Source: Marsupella aquatica (taxonomy: Eukaryota > Plantae > Marchantiophyta). From it: a stretch of 64,000 bases of DNA. Of this stretch, positions 52,854 through 64,000 are shown in pieces (within the stretch, counting starts at the first letter, position 1; each line of letters starts with the position of its first letter). A program made the translations under genes and the position numbers. The notes under the pieces were generated by a model. That model was not told the DNA's origin. It did not search any database and saw nothing but the letters and a program-made list of their open reading frames with translations. The DNA is taken from positions 21,267,619 to 21,331,618 of the forward strand of contig OZ316892.1 of NCBI GenBank assembly GCA_973895155.1, given 5' to 3'.

Positions 52854-54168
52854 GAATCTTGATCGCAGCAATGCAGGACGTTGAGTGGAATTGCACTATG
52901 CCACACAATTCGAACTGTAAGCTTCAAGCAGGGTGTCACAATCCCAACATCGTTTGCTGCCCGCTTTCACATAGATAATTGAAGTTTTGCTGATGTCTAG
53001 TGACAGCCTTCTCTCTAGATACAGCACGGCTATCTGTTGAGGGTGAGAAAGAAACCCAAGTGTGTGAACGGTACACTAGCGGCAAGTGCAGTGAGATTTT
53101 TACCCGGCAGCGCGCTGCTGGGTAGGAGTTCGCACTCCTCTAGCTCGTCTCTTGAAATTACTCTCAGCTCGTGCACAAGGAACTGGCCTCACCAGTGGTC
53201 ATGCATGACACCTCCGTCCTGAGGTGGCTAGCAACTGTGCTGCACCTAGATGATGTGGTAACTCAGACAATTCTCAGGCCTTATGTATTGGGTCTTCTAC
53301 TTCCGTGGATAACACTACTGCCTTGGGCCATTAGCTTAGCTAGTAATGACCCGTGCTTAACGGTCTCAAGGCGTTTTTTAATCCATCCGACTAATTGTTA
53401 AAATTTCTTATATCCTTACAAGCCCCTGTTTAACTATGGGTTTGATCATAATGAATGTAGGGGTTACTTGGAATGCCCCAAGTCACCAGTACATGTGTCT
53501 AGGCATGGTAGCCCGGTATACATGGTTCAATATGTGCCTATTAAGCACATTTTTGGAGAATTCATTAGATGGAGATCTCTTTTATGGGTATGAAACTTTT
53601 ATGGGTATGAAACGGTATAGACTGAGTGAGTGTTTTAACTCTCCCCGCCACACTCCCTCGCTCCCAAAAGTTTCACACTCGGCCAGCGTCCCCCCTGACT
53701 CGGCCCCAGCTGGCATTCCCTGTCTTTCACTCAGTACTTTGTTTTTTGCAGGCTCGTTTTGTGCGTGTTTGTGTGAGTTTATGAGGTTTTTGTGAGGGAT
53801 GCTTAGGGTTTACATGAGAAAACGTCAAGGCAGGCATTGAGGATATGCGCGGGGTCAGACTTGGCGGCGGGTTTGGAGGTGGGAGGTTCTTTGGTTTGCT
53901 TTCCCAGCTTGTCATCGCCACCATGTAGCTTTGAGCTCGATGATGCTGGCGCCACTCAGAAGGAAGGAAGAAGAGTGTTGCTTGGAAGGACGAGCCTTGC
54001 ATAGGAAGGTAGGCGCCAATCATCTACAACAATCAAGGCGCTACTGCTCCTCAATTCCTGTGACGCGCCCCAATCCCAAGTTGTTGCTCCTCTTGCAGAT
54101 TTTAGGTAAGAGGTTTTCATTTCTTTTTGTGTTTCCTTCCGTTTCTCCTTTATATGTTCAAGTTGCTC

Positions 54169-54234
54169 GCTGAATGCAACACCTGAGTAAATGTGCTGAA
54201 TGCAACACCTGAGTGAATGCGCTTAATACAACAC
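54169..54234. repeat. 26-bp tandem repeat, about 2.5 copies
   Basis: gctgaatgcaacacctgagt(a/g)aatg(t/c) repeated. Confidence 0.8.
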
Positions 54235-55278
54235 TTATATATATATATCTCTTTGATAGGAAATGCTTTTATAACACCGCATATTTACTGTACTTTTGGT
54301 AACCGATAACCCTAATAGGCCGAAATGGTTTCTTCGTGACCCAAAAGTAATTTATTAGTACTAACAAGAGTTTTGTTAAATGCCTAATACCACTGAAAGG
54401 GTTTTGTTAATATACACATTTACACCGAGCGAAGGTCCCAGGGGACTACTGAAAGGGACTACTGAAAGCATATATATGTATAAGCGCCCTTGGCACCAGT
54501 AGGCTTGTTTAGACTCCTTTCCCGACCTGTCACGGCCACTCCCTTAGTTTCCATTGTAGTAACTCGATCGGCCTACTTTGCAATTCAACCATTGCATGCT
54601 CTCCTGCCAAGTGACTAAGCTAGAGACCAAAGACTTGGATGTCCCTTTGAATTCATTGATCGAGAGCAGCATTATATATACCAAACTGACCAAAGATACA
54701 ACATCTCTAGAGCATGCAAGGATCATTTGTTTAGGTTTTGGTTGAGGCAGATTTTTGTTTAATAAGGAGCTAGCACCTTCAGAGTACGTACGTAACCACA
54801 TCTTCAGATCGGGCTTCAGATTTTTAATTAAGCGTCACCTTCGATCAGAAATCGCTTGGTGGAAAGAGCAACTAGGGTATATATAAGGCTGACCGGATGG
54901 TCCTGTCCTCTACTCGAAAGTAACACCCTCCATCTCCAACCCTGGAATCTAGAATACTATCTCTCGATTAGATTAATTACCACTAACTGGCCTGGACAGT
55001 GTTGGGTTAGTATGAACTGCTTTACTCATTTGGAAAATCACCAGAACAATCTTGGACTTGGGGCCGGGATATAAACCCAAGCTATCCAAGTTCTATTGGA
55101 TATGCCTAAATATATTGAATTTACTCGGGTCCGGCCCCAAGATTCCTAGCTTTAGAGCGCCGGTCTTGATGCAGGATTCCCACACATCTAGTCGCGAAGC
55201 TTCTAATCCTTGTTCATCAGGTTCTGATTCGTCGAATAGCCATCCCTCTATCTTCGCCAGTTGATTTTTCTTCAATTT

Positions 55279-57231
55279 TCAGGCAAGTTTCCGTTGCTTC
55301 CTACAATAATTCTCGAACCAGTATGATACCTGCATTTAAGATTCCAGAATATAAGCTACTCCAGATGACACCCTGCATTTAAAATTCCAGAATATAATTA
55401 AGCTACTCCAGATGACACTGTTGGGGTTTTTCGACAGAGTTGAAGAAAAATTATGCCAGGAGTTGTGCTGGGAAAGTGCGCGCCTTTACTTACTTTTTTC
55501 AAGGTAAGTTTGGCTTCGTTAGCCAGCTGAATTTTCTCCTCCTTAGTTGGCCTTGCATTTGCAGGGTGGGTTTCGACCCATGCTCTGAATAAACACCACG
55601 CAGATTGTCAAGCAGTTGTTCACAGAATGCTACAAGTACAGAGAGATATACAACACAAGTTTAAGTTGCATTTCACTAGCTGGACTAGCGCGCTTCGTAG
55701 TTAGATACTCTACCTGGATAATCAGTGACTATTCAAAACATTGCAAGCTACTAAAGGTTCAACAACTAGAAGCAGAACCAGTACGTCCCTGCCAATTAAT
55801 TACTTAATTGTTACAAGTACTGTCTACTAGCAATGAAGTCAATTAGCTACAGTAGTGAAGCTCTTTTGGTCTTGGTAACGATTTATACTTCAACACATTG
55901 ATTGCATCGTCAGGATGGTGGTTCTGTCGCTTATAGCTGACACCAGCACTGTTTGTGCCCATCCCCCGTTTCTTTTCCCTTTCGTTGCCGAACCAGGTGT
56001 TGACCTACAAGTATTTTCGAAAGCTGAAATTAATAATTGAAGCTGAAATAATCTCTGATAGTTAAAAAACTCGTCATCCAGTGATTTTCAGGTAGCTAAC
56101 AATTCAAAAATTATGGCCCCCTTCTAGTTTTTGAGGTGCACCCAAAGGAAATTAACTTTTACCTGCTTTATTGTGAGCCCAGAGAGCTTCGAAAGCTTGT
56201 AAAGCTGCCTATGGTTGGGATAAGGAGTTTCCTTATCGTAAAAGTTCCTGCAACCAAAGTAGAGAAGTTAAAAATATTGTCTATTTATATTCATCAGAAA
56301 TGCATGCCAGCCAGATAACATCTTTCAAACCCCCAAAAAGTGGAAATTTTGATACTTGCATGAATGATGAGAGCTCGCCAAGTTAGTTAGTATGTTCAAT
56401 CAATTCAAATACATTACGATCATGTAGAGGTGTAAACCGACTCATGGAATATAATCCATAAATGTTACCTCAGGCTCAACACAGCTGTTTTAGAGTGGCG
56501 ATGAATCCTTGTCTGTTGGCAATCGTCGGCTCCCAGGGAGATCCCCTTCCTCGCGGACTTTATTCCGATCATGTCCGGAAGTGCAATATCTTGATCCTTT
56601 TCCCGTGTCTTCTCACATTCGTAGAGACCGCCAGTCATATCTGTTCTATCTGCAACTTTCTCAAACCTTGAGGTCGCTGGAAGTAGATTTTCTTCGGTCT
56701 CCATTTCCCCACCACTATCACTCGTGTTCTTTGGCCAATCCGTTTCCTCCAAAGTGAGGTACTCATCTTGAGGTATGTTATTCTTCCCACACTTGTCCAG
56801 ACTGCCACTCATATCTATTCCATCTGCAACTCCACAACTGCTTCGGGTCTCTGATGGTAGATTTTTTTTGGTCTGCATTTCCCCCTTCAACTCGTGACTG
56901 CTGTCACTCATATCCAGCGATTCAATTTCCTCCACCGTGAGGTAGTCCTCGAAAAGTACAGTATATTCAGGACAGCTTGCATGCCTGCTTGCATGACTAC
57001 CTCCCCGGTGGTCAGCGCCGGTGAAACTCCTGCAGTCGATATGTTGCTTACATGTTCCCATGAATTGAGCATGTCCTTGTCTTGGTCCATCGTGGTGAGC
57101 ACAGAACTTGGCATCTTGCTTTGACCGTCCCATCCACTTGGGTCTTCATATGTTGAGCTTGCCGTGTGCAGATGTACAGAACTCGGAGAAGGGCCCACGT
57201 AGGTCAAATTACCAGCAGAATTGCTGTCCAT
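55279..57231 (-). CDS. Double-homeodomain (TALE-derived) transcription factor gene, intact or recently pseudogenised
   Basis: Exons 57231 or 57133-56469, 56247-56163, 56004-55889, 55584-55494 and 55329-55279, all GT-AG and phase-compatible. HD1 = RIHRHSKTAVLSLRNFYDKETPYPNHRQLYKLSKLSGLTIKQVNTWFGNEREKKR. HD2 = KRQNHHPDDAINVLKAWVETHPANARPTKEEKIQLANEAKLTLKKVSYWFENYCRKQRK. The frame stays open past the TGA at 55281-55279 to a TAG at 55093. Confidence 0.82.
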
Positions 57232-58121
57232 ATTGACTGCAATTCAGATTTCATTGAAATGTTCAGTACACCTTCATATTGACTAGAATGTAAACTTGAA
57301 AATATCAGCTTCCAAGAGTAAATTAGTTCATGCCGCGCGTACGCATATTTTGACTAAAAGCAAGCTACGCTCTGGCACTTGTTGGTGTAGCTTACGTGAA
57401 AGACCAAAAGAATACATACATCGCCTCCCCAACATTGTTTAAGTCAAGAAAAAACACAGTTAGTTGACGACCCACTCAGGACTCAGAATCAGCAAATTGA
57501 CTACTGGCCAAATACGGAACTTGACATTGCTCTCGCAACCAGAGTATCTAAACTCACAACGCCCACCTCGTTGAATGCGCTCCCGAAATGCAACACCAGT
57601 CCTACAGAGTGCAAAGCTCCTCACCAAAATTAAGATGACAGAATGCAGAAGGCAAAATGCTTGAGATGCTGCGAATTGAGTGGGGGCATCCGGCTTAAAT
57701 GAGACAGACCTGCAACCTAGATCAGAAGAAGTCCCAGCAACAATCCCAACCAGTGACTAAGAAAGAGCCTGCCGTTACAATTCTAGTAATGGTAATTAAG
57801 ATAACCCCAGTCACAGTAATACATTGGCTACGAACTTCATGCTGTACCAGCTGTAGGAGTTCTAGACCGGGTTCTAGACGCAATCATCAGGCCTTGAAGC
57901 GCGCCAAGCACTAAGTAATAATCCCATGCCTGCGACTGTTTGATAATAAAGAAGTGGGTATTCCGACCATCTTGGAGTAATGCACCCAAATTAACTACGA
58001 AAGCCCACAGGTACGAGGGTATATCACACTTAGTGTATTTTGACCTCTCCTCTACATGTCGGGTAATTTACCTATTTACAACCACGCCTCTTTCGTCGGG
58101 TGATCCTTAATGTGTTTTGCC

Positions 58122-58597
58122 CCCGGGTATGCAACTCCCCTTTTCATAATAAAAGCAACTTTTTAATTCCTTATAATGGCCTTATATCCTTAGACCATCT
58201 TAGATTTCATTTTAGTCTACTAAAATCTTGTACCTTTCAACTCAAGGAATACAAAAATGTAACTTAAAAAAGAATGAACATATTTTGATGTATAAAAAGT
58301 TGATCAAAACCAAATTATATGGGTTTTTTAATACAAGGGTCTATTGCCAAACTAGCCAGCTTTTTAGGATTTTTATTAAAATTTTAAAAATCTTTTAATA
58401 AAAATTACAACACGTATAGGAATATTTTTTATTTTCGTATGGAAAAAGAAGAGAGCCAAACCTTTTATATGACTTGAAAATTTTTAAAAGGGGAAAACCT
58501 AGGTTTTTTTCAAATCTTAATAATTTTGTATAGCCAACTTTTGAGTCTATATAAAGATGTAGACTTCCTACCTATAATACAAGAGTTGCATACCGAG
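58122..58597 (+). mobile_element. hAT-type MITE of about 475 bp (TIR CCCGGGTATGCAACTC), copy A
   Basis: Ends cccgggtatgcaactc / gagttgcataccgag; flanks tgttttgcc / tgttttacc form a TSD-like pair with one mismatch; closely similar to 59181-59654. Confidence 0.8.
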
Positions 58598-59180
58598 TGT
58601 TTTACCACCATTATCACCCACTGAAGTGTCGTCAACCTACTGCATGCCTCAATACTTTATAAGCGGTATCTTTTAAAGAAGTAAAGGGTTTTATGATGAG
58701 TCTCAAATGTATTTTAGAAATGACTCAAGGTTTTTTTTTAATGTAAGGAAAATTATTTATTGTACTTTTCAAGGGTATTAGTTTTAAATTTGCAATATGA
58801 AAACTAATAAGGGGTATAAGTATGTAACATGTAAGTGTTCACAGGGGTATTAAGCATTTTAGCCTAAGTGATTCCCCAGGGTGCATGCCCAGGGAGTTGA
58901 GTACTTGGGGGCAAGGTCAACAGCTGATTAGCTTTTAATTTGAGATATTCAATCCTATTGAGAAATTGGAGGCTGCTCCTATGGAACACTGCAAAAAATC
59001 AAAGTCATATAAACCACTACCCATCTTTGAAAGAAGAGAAGGTTAGGATATAAAGTTGTTGGATTGTTTTAAATTTTTTTTTTACAATTGTAATAAAATC
59101 CAACCTAAAATGCCAGTTAGTTTAGTTGGAGAACCCTCTATAAAGAAAACCATATAATTTGGTGTTGATCAAGTCTTCCC

Positions 59181-59654
59181 CCCGTGTATGCAACTTCCCT
59201 TTTTATAAATCAAGTTTTTAATTCCTTATAATGACCCTATATCCTTAGACCATCTTAGATTTCATTTTAGTTTACTAAAGTCTTGTACCTCTCAACTCAA
59301 GGAATCCAAAAATGTAACTAAAAAAAAATTCCGAATATGTTTTGATGTATAAAAAGTTGATCAAAACCAAATTATATGACTTTTTTTTAATACAGGGGTC
59401 TACAGCCAAACTAGCCAGCTTTTTAGGATTTTTATTAAAAATTTAAAAATCTTTAATAAAAACTACAACATGTATAGGAATATTTTTTAATTTCATATGG
59501 AAAAAGAAGAGAACGAAACCTTTTATATGACTTGAAATTTTTTAAAAGTGGAAAACCCAGGTTTTTTCAAATTTTAATAATTTTGTATAGCCAACTTTTT
59601 AGTCCATATAAAAATGTAGACCCCTGCCAATTATACAAGAGTTACATACCCGGG
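59181..59654 (+). mobile_element. hAT-type MITE, copy B, nested in an inverted older copy of the same family
   Basis: Ends cccgtgtatgcaac / gagttacatacccggg; 8-bp TSD GTCTTCCC at 59173-59180 and 59655-59662; the host copy spans about 59050-59880 in opposite orientation. Confidence 0.85.
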
Positions 59655-60663
59655 GTCTTCCCACATCAAAACATATACATTTTGTTTTTCTATATTGGGT
59701 TTGATCAAGACTTTACACATGATCAGAACATAATTCAAGGTTTTTCTTAATGTACATTTTTAATTCCTTGAGTTCAGAGGTACAAGAGTGTAGTTAGAAT
59801 AAGATGACATGGTCAATTGGATATAAGGCCATTATAAGGAAATTAAACCTTGCCTATAACAGGGGAGTTGCAAACCCCAGATTTTGTCCCTTGATTTGAC
59901 ATCTTGCCAACCACCTTAAAGCCAATACCAGGCAAGCTCCAAGCATTTCAAAATTTGACACCAGTAATTTATTTTTTTACTTCTGTGACTGAGTCAAAAT
60001 TTTCAAACAATTGTCTCTAGTGAGAAACTAAACTCTTTACCCAGGCAACCTGTCCAATTAATTATAGGTAAGTTGGGAATAGCAATTTAGGCTGCACAAG
60101 GTAAAGCAATTTGTTGGACGTACTCTAGCTCTGGGAAACGTGTGGCTCTAGTCAGTACTATTTCATCAATCAAGTCATCAGTCTGTCAAACTCCCTTGGG
60201 GAGACTAGAAGTTTTGTCTCTTGTCAGCGCCACATCCCTTCAATACCATCATTTCTCAACATTACATGTACCTGAGCTGCTGCCAGGGTACTTTATAAGG
60301 AGGAATTGTACGATGCGAGGAAACAGGAGATTTTGCTAGCGAGGCAACATTGTTAGCGAAGCATTCTGGCGGATAAATTTCTCTCACATTCCACGAAAAC
60401 AATGCCAAAACAGTATCAATTTTCCACCTCTTACAATAATGAAAAGAATATGACAATGAAAAATCCTGCATTATTTTCATAAGTATTCCATACTTGAGCC
60501 ACACACGTTTTAATCATCTAAAAAGGATCACCAAAACTAGAAACTCCCATCAAAATATGGAACCTCTTTACATTGAAAGTGTGGATCGCCAACAACTTCA
60601 AGACAGAAAAACGGTAAGAGTCGACCTCGACCAGTACATCCAGTCCTACTTACTCTTACTTGT

Positions 60664-63600
60664 TCAGTCATAAACTTCATCCTCTGATTCATCAGAGATG
60701 TCACTACTACTAGGATCGCTACTGGTCTCCCTCTCCGTGGACTCGGCAGACTCATCTAAATACTGACGGACTGTCCCCGCCTCATTGTCGATAAACCTTG
60801 AACAATCCAGATATCTTCGAGCACCTCTCATGGACCGAAGTCCTTTCGCCTCCCAAGTCAAGACAACAGGATCTTCATCAACCTGCCTCGCCGATGTCTC
60901 AGCATAGCACGGAAGAGTAAAAGGCTTCTCAGGAGTAACCACAATGGACTCCTGGACTTCCCTCCGAAGACGAAATCTCTCCTCAGAAAACCAATCCACC
61001 CTCCTATCACTGACGCAACCACCGACATCAGTTGACGAAGAGCAACAAAATAAAGAAAACAAAAGAAACCAAATAGGGAGTCCGACATCAGAAGAGGCCA
61101 AGTACTTTACTCCAGGTCGAATTCGTCTTTCTCGCTTGAAGGCCCAGCCTGTTCATCCCCTGGAATCGTGAACTCATCATCCGACCCAGCGTCTTGATTA
61201 ACCTTGGCTGGCTGATCCCTAATCTGTTTTGCCTTGCTCGAATGCCTCGCCAGAACACTGTTTAAAGTTTTTTCTGCACAGCAATGGAGAATGTCCCTGT
61301 CTTCAACACCGACAACAAATCTCCCGGAGAATTCTCCGGCAGAAAACGAGCTACCGTCACACACAGTCCAGTCAAGGACTATATCTTTGGGCTTCGTGAG
61401 GAATTCCATCACGGCTTGCATGAACCCAATTGAAAGCCTTTTCGATCCAGCAACAGCCGCTTCTGGACAGGGGTCAGTCTTAGGGTAACAAACACTCAAC
61501 ATTGACTTATGTCTTGCATCTTCCGAAGACGTCAATGGAACATACGCTGGGTCTTTAGGAATCTTTGCACTAAATTCCACCCGACAAAAAACATCCAGGA
61601 TGAGAGTGCACACCTGCATAAAAACTAAAATACATCAGAAACAATGCTAACTTTGTTAGCGAGCTCGCTAGCATTAACTTAGTCGGAAAATAGAAAATTA
61701 ACAGTCACCTAAACCAGATATGTTTGGTAGCTAAAAATTATAATTTTGTTAGCGACATCGCTAGCATTAAAACTCTCAAGAAATTTAAGGGATAACTACC
61801 TCAATATCCATATCTGCCCTCCATAAAGGGGTGGACAACAAAACGGTATATTGCTGCACATGTTTGAATTTGTTTTTTTGCTCGACTGCCGTAAATATTT
61901 GCCTCATGTGATTGAAGTCTGAGCTGTGCAAGACAGCAACATATCCGTCGTCTGAAAGCATTGGTCTCATCACTCCAAAAAAATAATATGGGAGTTTCTC
62001 ACTCCAAACATTCCAAGACGGAACCTGTTTGTCTGTAACGCTTGTTCTATGCCCAGTTGGAAGAGAAATGAATCCCAAATGTGCTCCAATCCCAACATAT
62101 GGCTTTCCATTAATTACGACATGGTTCGGGCACTCTACGCTCTTCGACATCCCAGTAATCCATCGATCTCCATCTCCCATCCAAGATGGCCTTGAGCACT
62201 TTACTTTAATTGAGTTTGCAGTATCGGTCAAATTGCTACGAGCCAGGAAATGTCGCTGCCCATCCATCTTCAAACCACACATCCGAGCAACACCTTGAGC
62301 AACTGAAACTTCCTCATCGTCGGAATCTGAAAGAATCTGGATGTTCCGCTTCCATTTCAAACGTTTTATACTTCCTAAATCCACTGCGCTCTTTGTTGTG
62401 ACTTCGGCATCTGGGGACTGAGGTTCCTCACCATCATCTGCTCCACTCTTCAAACTCTCAGAAGCCGCTCCCTTCCTCCTCTCTATGAAGAAAAAGACAT
62501 TAGTGTCTGTATATTCGACACCCATCCGGACTTAAAAATAAAAAGTAACATACAATTAACAGACTTACTTGGCTTTCCGGAAATCTGGGACCCATCTTTG
62601 GATGTGTCCTTCAATGCTCCTTTTCTTGGCTTCCGTGCTCGACTCCTATCCACTATGGCAGCTACACCAAGACAAGCTTTTTCCATCGCCTCGCAACCAC
62701 CAACTTCAGCATCAGTGGGTGCCAATTTGGACTCGGAGATGTAAGATTTCGGAAGGAATCCTCGATTGATCATGTGAAAAGCTGCTTTCTCTGTAGTGTC
62801 AAATGTCACAGACCATTTGTCCGAGTCCAAATACCATGGACAATGAAGAACCTCCCACTCGCTCAATCTCCTCGGAGCTTCACTTCCCTTGCATGGAAAC
62901 ATACAATATTCCCCAAACTTATCACTTGTAGGGTCCTCTTTAACCCCGGCTATCCATGGGGAGAAACAGGCTGGGTAGGACCACCAGTAAAATTTGTCTG
63001 CTACTTCTCTGTCTACAAAAAATCGATACGTGTATCTCTTCGCTCTCCTCCGAAACAATGTAATGTCTACCTTCTCTCCTGTCTTGGGTGGCCAAATCTG
63101 CTTGAAGAAACGAGTTTTCACACGAGTTTGGAAATCCTCAAAATCCTCCTCAATGTCAAGGATTAGCGAAGCTTTCGTCTTCTCTGAAGACGTAAGGATC
63201 CTCGACTTAGGGACAGTAGGCATTACCTCAGAAACAATTTCAGACATGAAGGAAGACGAAATTGACTCGACTTGCTCCCACACTGCCCAACGATGAAGCC
63301 AAAGCTTAGTCTCACCATCTGAGAATTGACCTGGATGAAAGAATTTTTTCCGAAGCTCAGGATGACACTATGCCTCCAGGAGTGTACATCGGAGCTCTGG
63401 GGATAAAGAGGTCACACCAGTGAACAATCGAGCTCGATCAAGACCACAAGAAACATTTCCCCTGCCTTTATCATCTGTTCTCTGGGCCTCCTTTGTCTCG
63501 TTCTCGCAGTAGTTATGCATTTCGACACATTTCTTGAAAAAGTCTCCAAACTCTGGATTTAGTAATGGACCGACCTTTGGAACTTTCACATTCCAATCAG

Positions 63601-64000
63601 CAAGTTGTTCTTTCATCATGTCACGCATTGCTAAGTCCTGTGCAGCCTTGGAAAGGGGCTTGCCTTGAGCCTCCTTAAGAGCAAATTTCTTCTTCAGGTC
63701 CTCGGTCTGCGATGCAATGTTAGCAGTGGATAGAATATAAGTGTAGGCATCCAGCGTCATGTTCTTCGAATACCATGCCGCCTTCCGCACATTGGCCATC
63801 TTCTGCTGGAAAAGTTTGTAATTCTCAGCGTCGATGATATCTTGGTAAACGGATAAGTCATTGTTCAGAATCTTCTGGACGCGTTCAGCCTCCAAAACCC
63901 AGGAATTCTCTACATGACATTGAGTTAACCTGCCACAACATGCCTCATGTTAGCGAGATCGCTAGCTAAAAGTGACCTGGTAAAAATGAAATTTCAGAAC
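60664..64000 (-). pseudogene. Large spliced, probably transposon-associated gene with a divergent beta-class N4/N6 DNA methyltransferase-like C-terminal domain (5' end outside the window)
   Basis: Exons 63929-62569 (with an in-frame TAG at 63370-63368), 62482-61800, 61613-61111 and probably 61003-60664. GAHLGFISLPTG resembles motif IV, RPMLSDDGYVAVLH resembles RxLKxxG, and KRLSIGFMQAVMEFLTKPKDIVLDWTVCDGSSFSAGEFSGRFVVGVE resembles motifs X, I and II. Confidence 0.7.

Noticed and set aside
53630-54170. GC-richer segment resembling a DNA-transposon end
   Set aside because: No partner TIR, TSD or coding signature identified

Overview
Eukaryotic nuclear DNA from a land plant; gene content and architecture suggest a bryophyte, possibly a liverwort (inference). 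The left half is euchromatin-like with four apparently intact genes: a 7-exon purple acid phosphatase (+), an intronless and divergent KAC/KCA kinesin-14 (-), a 3-exon DUF1218/MWL membrane protein (+) and a 10-exon organellar RlmD/TRM2-type RNA m5U methyltransferase (-). It also holds a CRE-type non-LTR fragment and Harbinger MITEs. The right half is repeat-rich: an orphan ORF ending in an EAR-like motif, a RING pseudogene, a complete but decayed hAT transposon with TIRs and 8-bp TSD, nested MITEs, and F-box/kelch and glyoxal oxidase pseudogenes. Two loci stand out and are not apparent from the ORF track. The first is a spliced double-homeodomain (TALE-derived) gene at about 55.1-57.2 kb. The second is a large spliced gene running off the right edge that carries a divergent beta-class N4/N6 DNA-methyltransferase-like domain, with a recurrent palindromic motif in its introns. 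All exon structures were read by eye from GT-AG sites and frame continuity; none is confirmed by transcripts.
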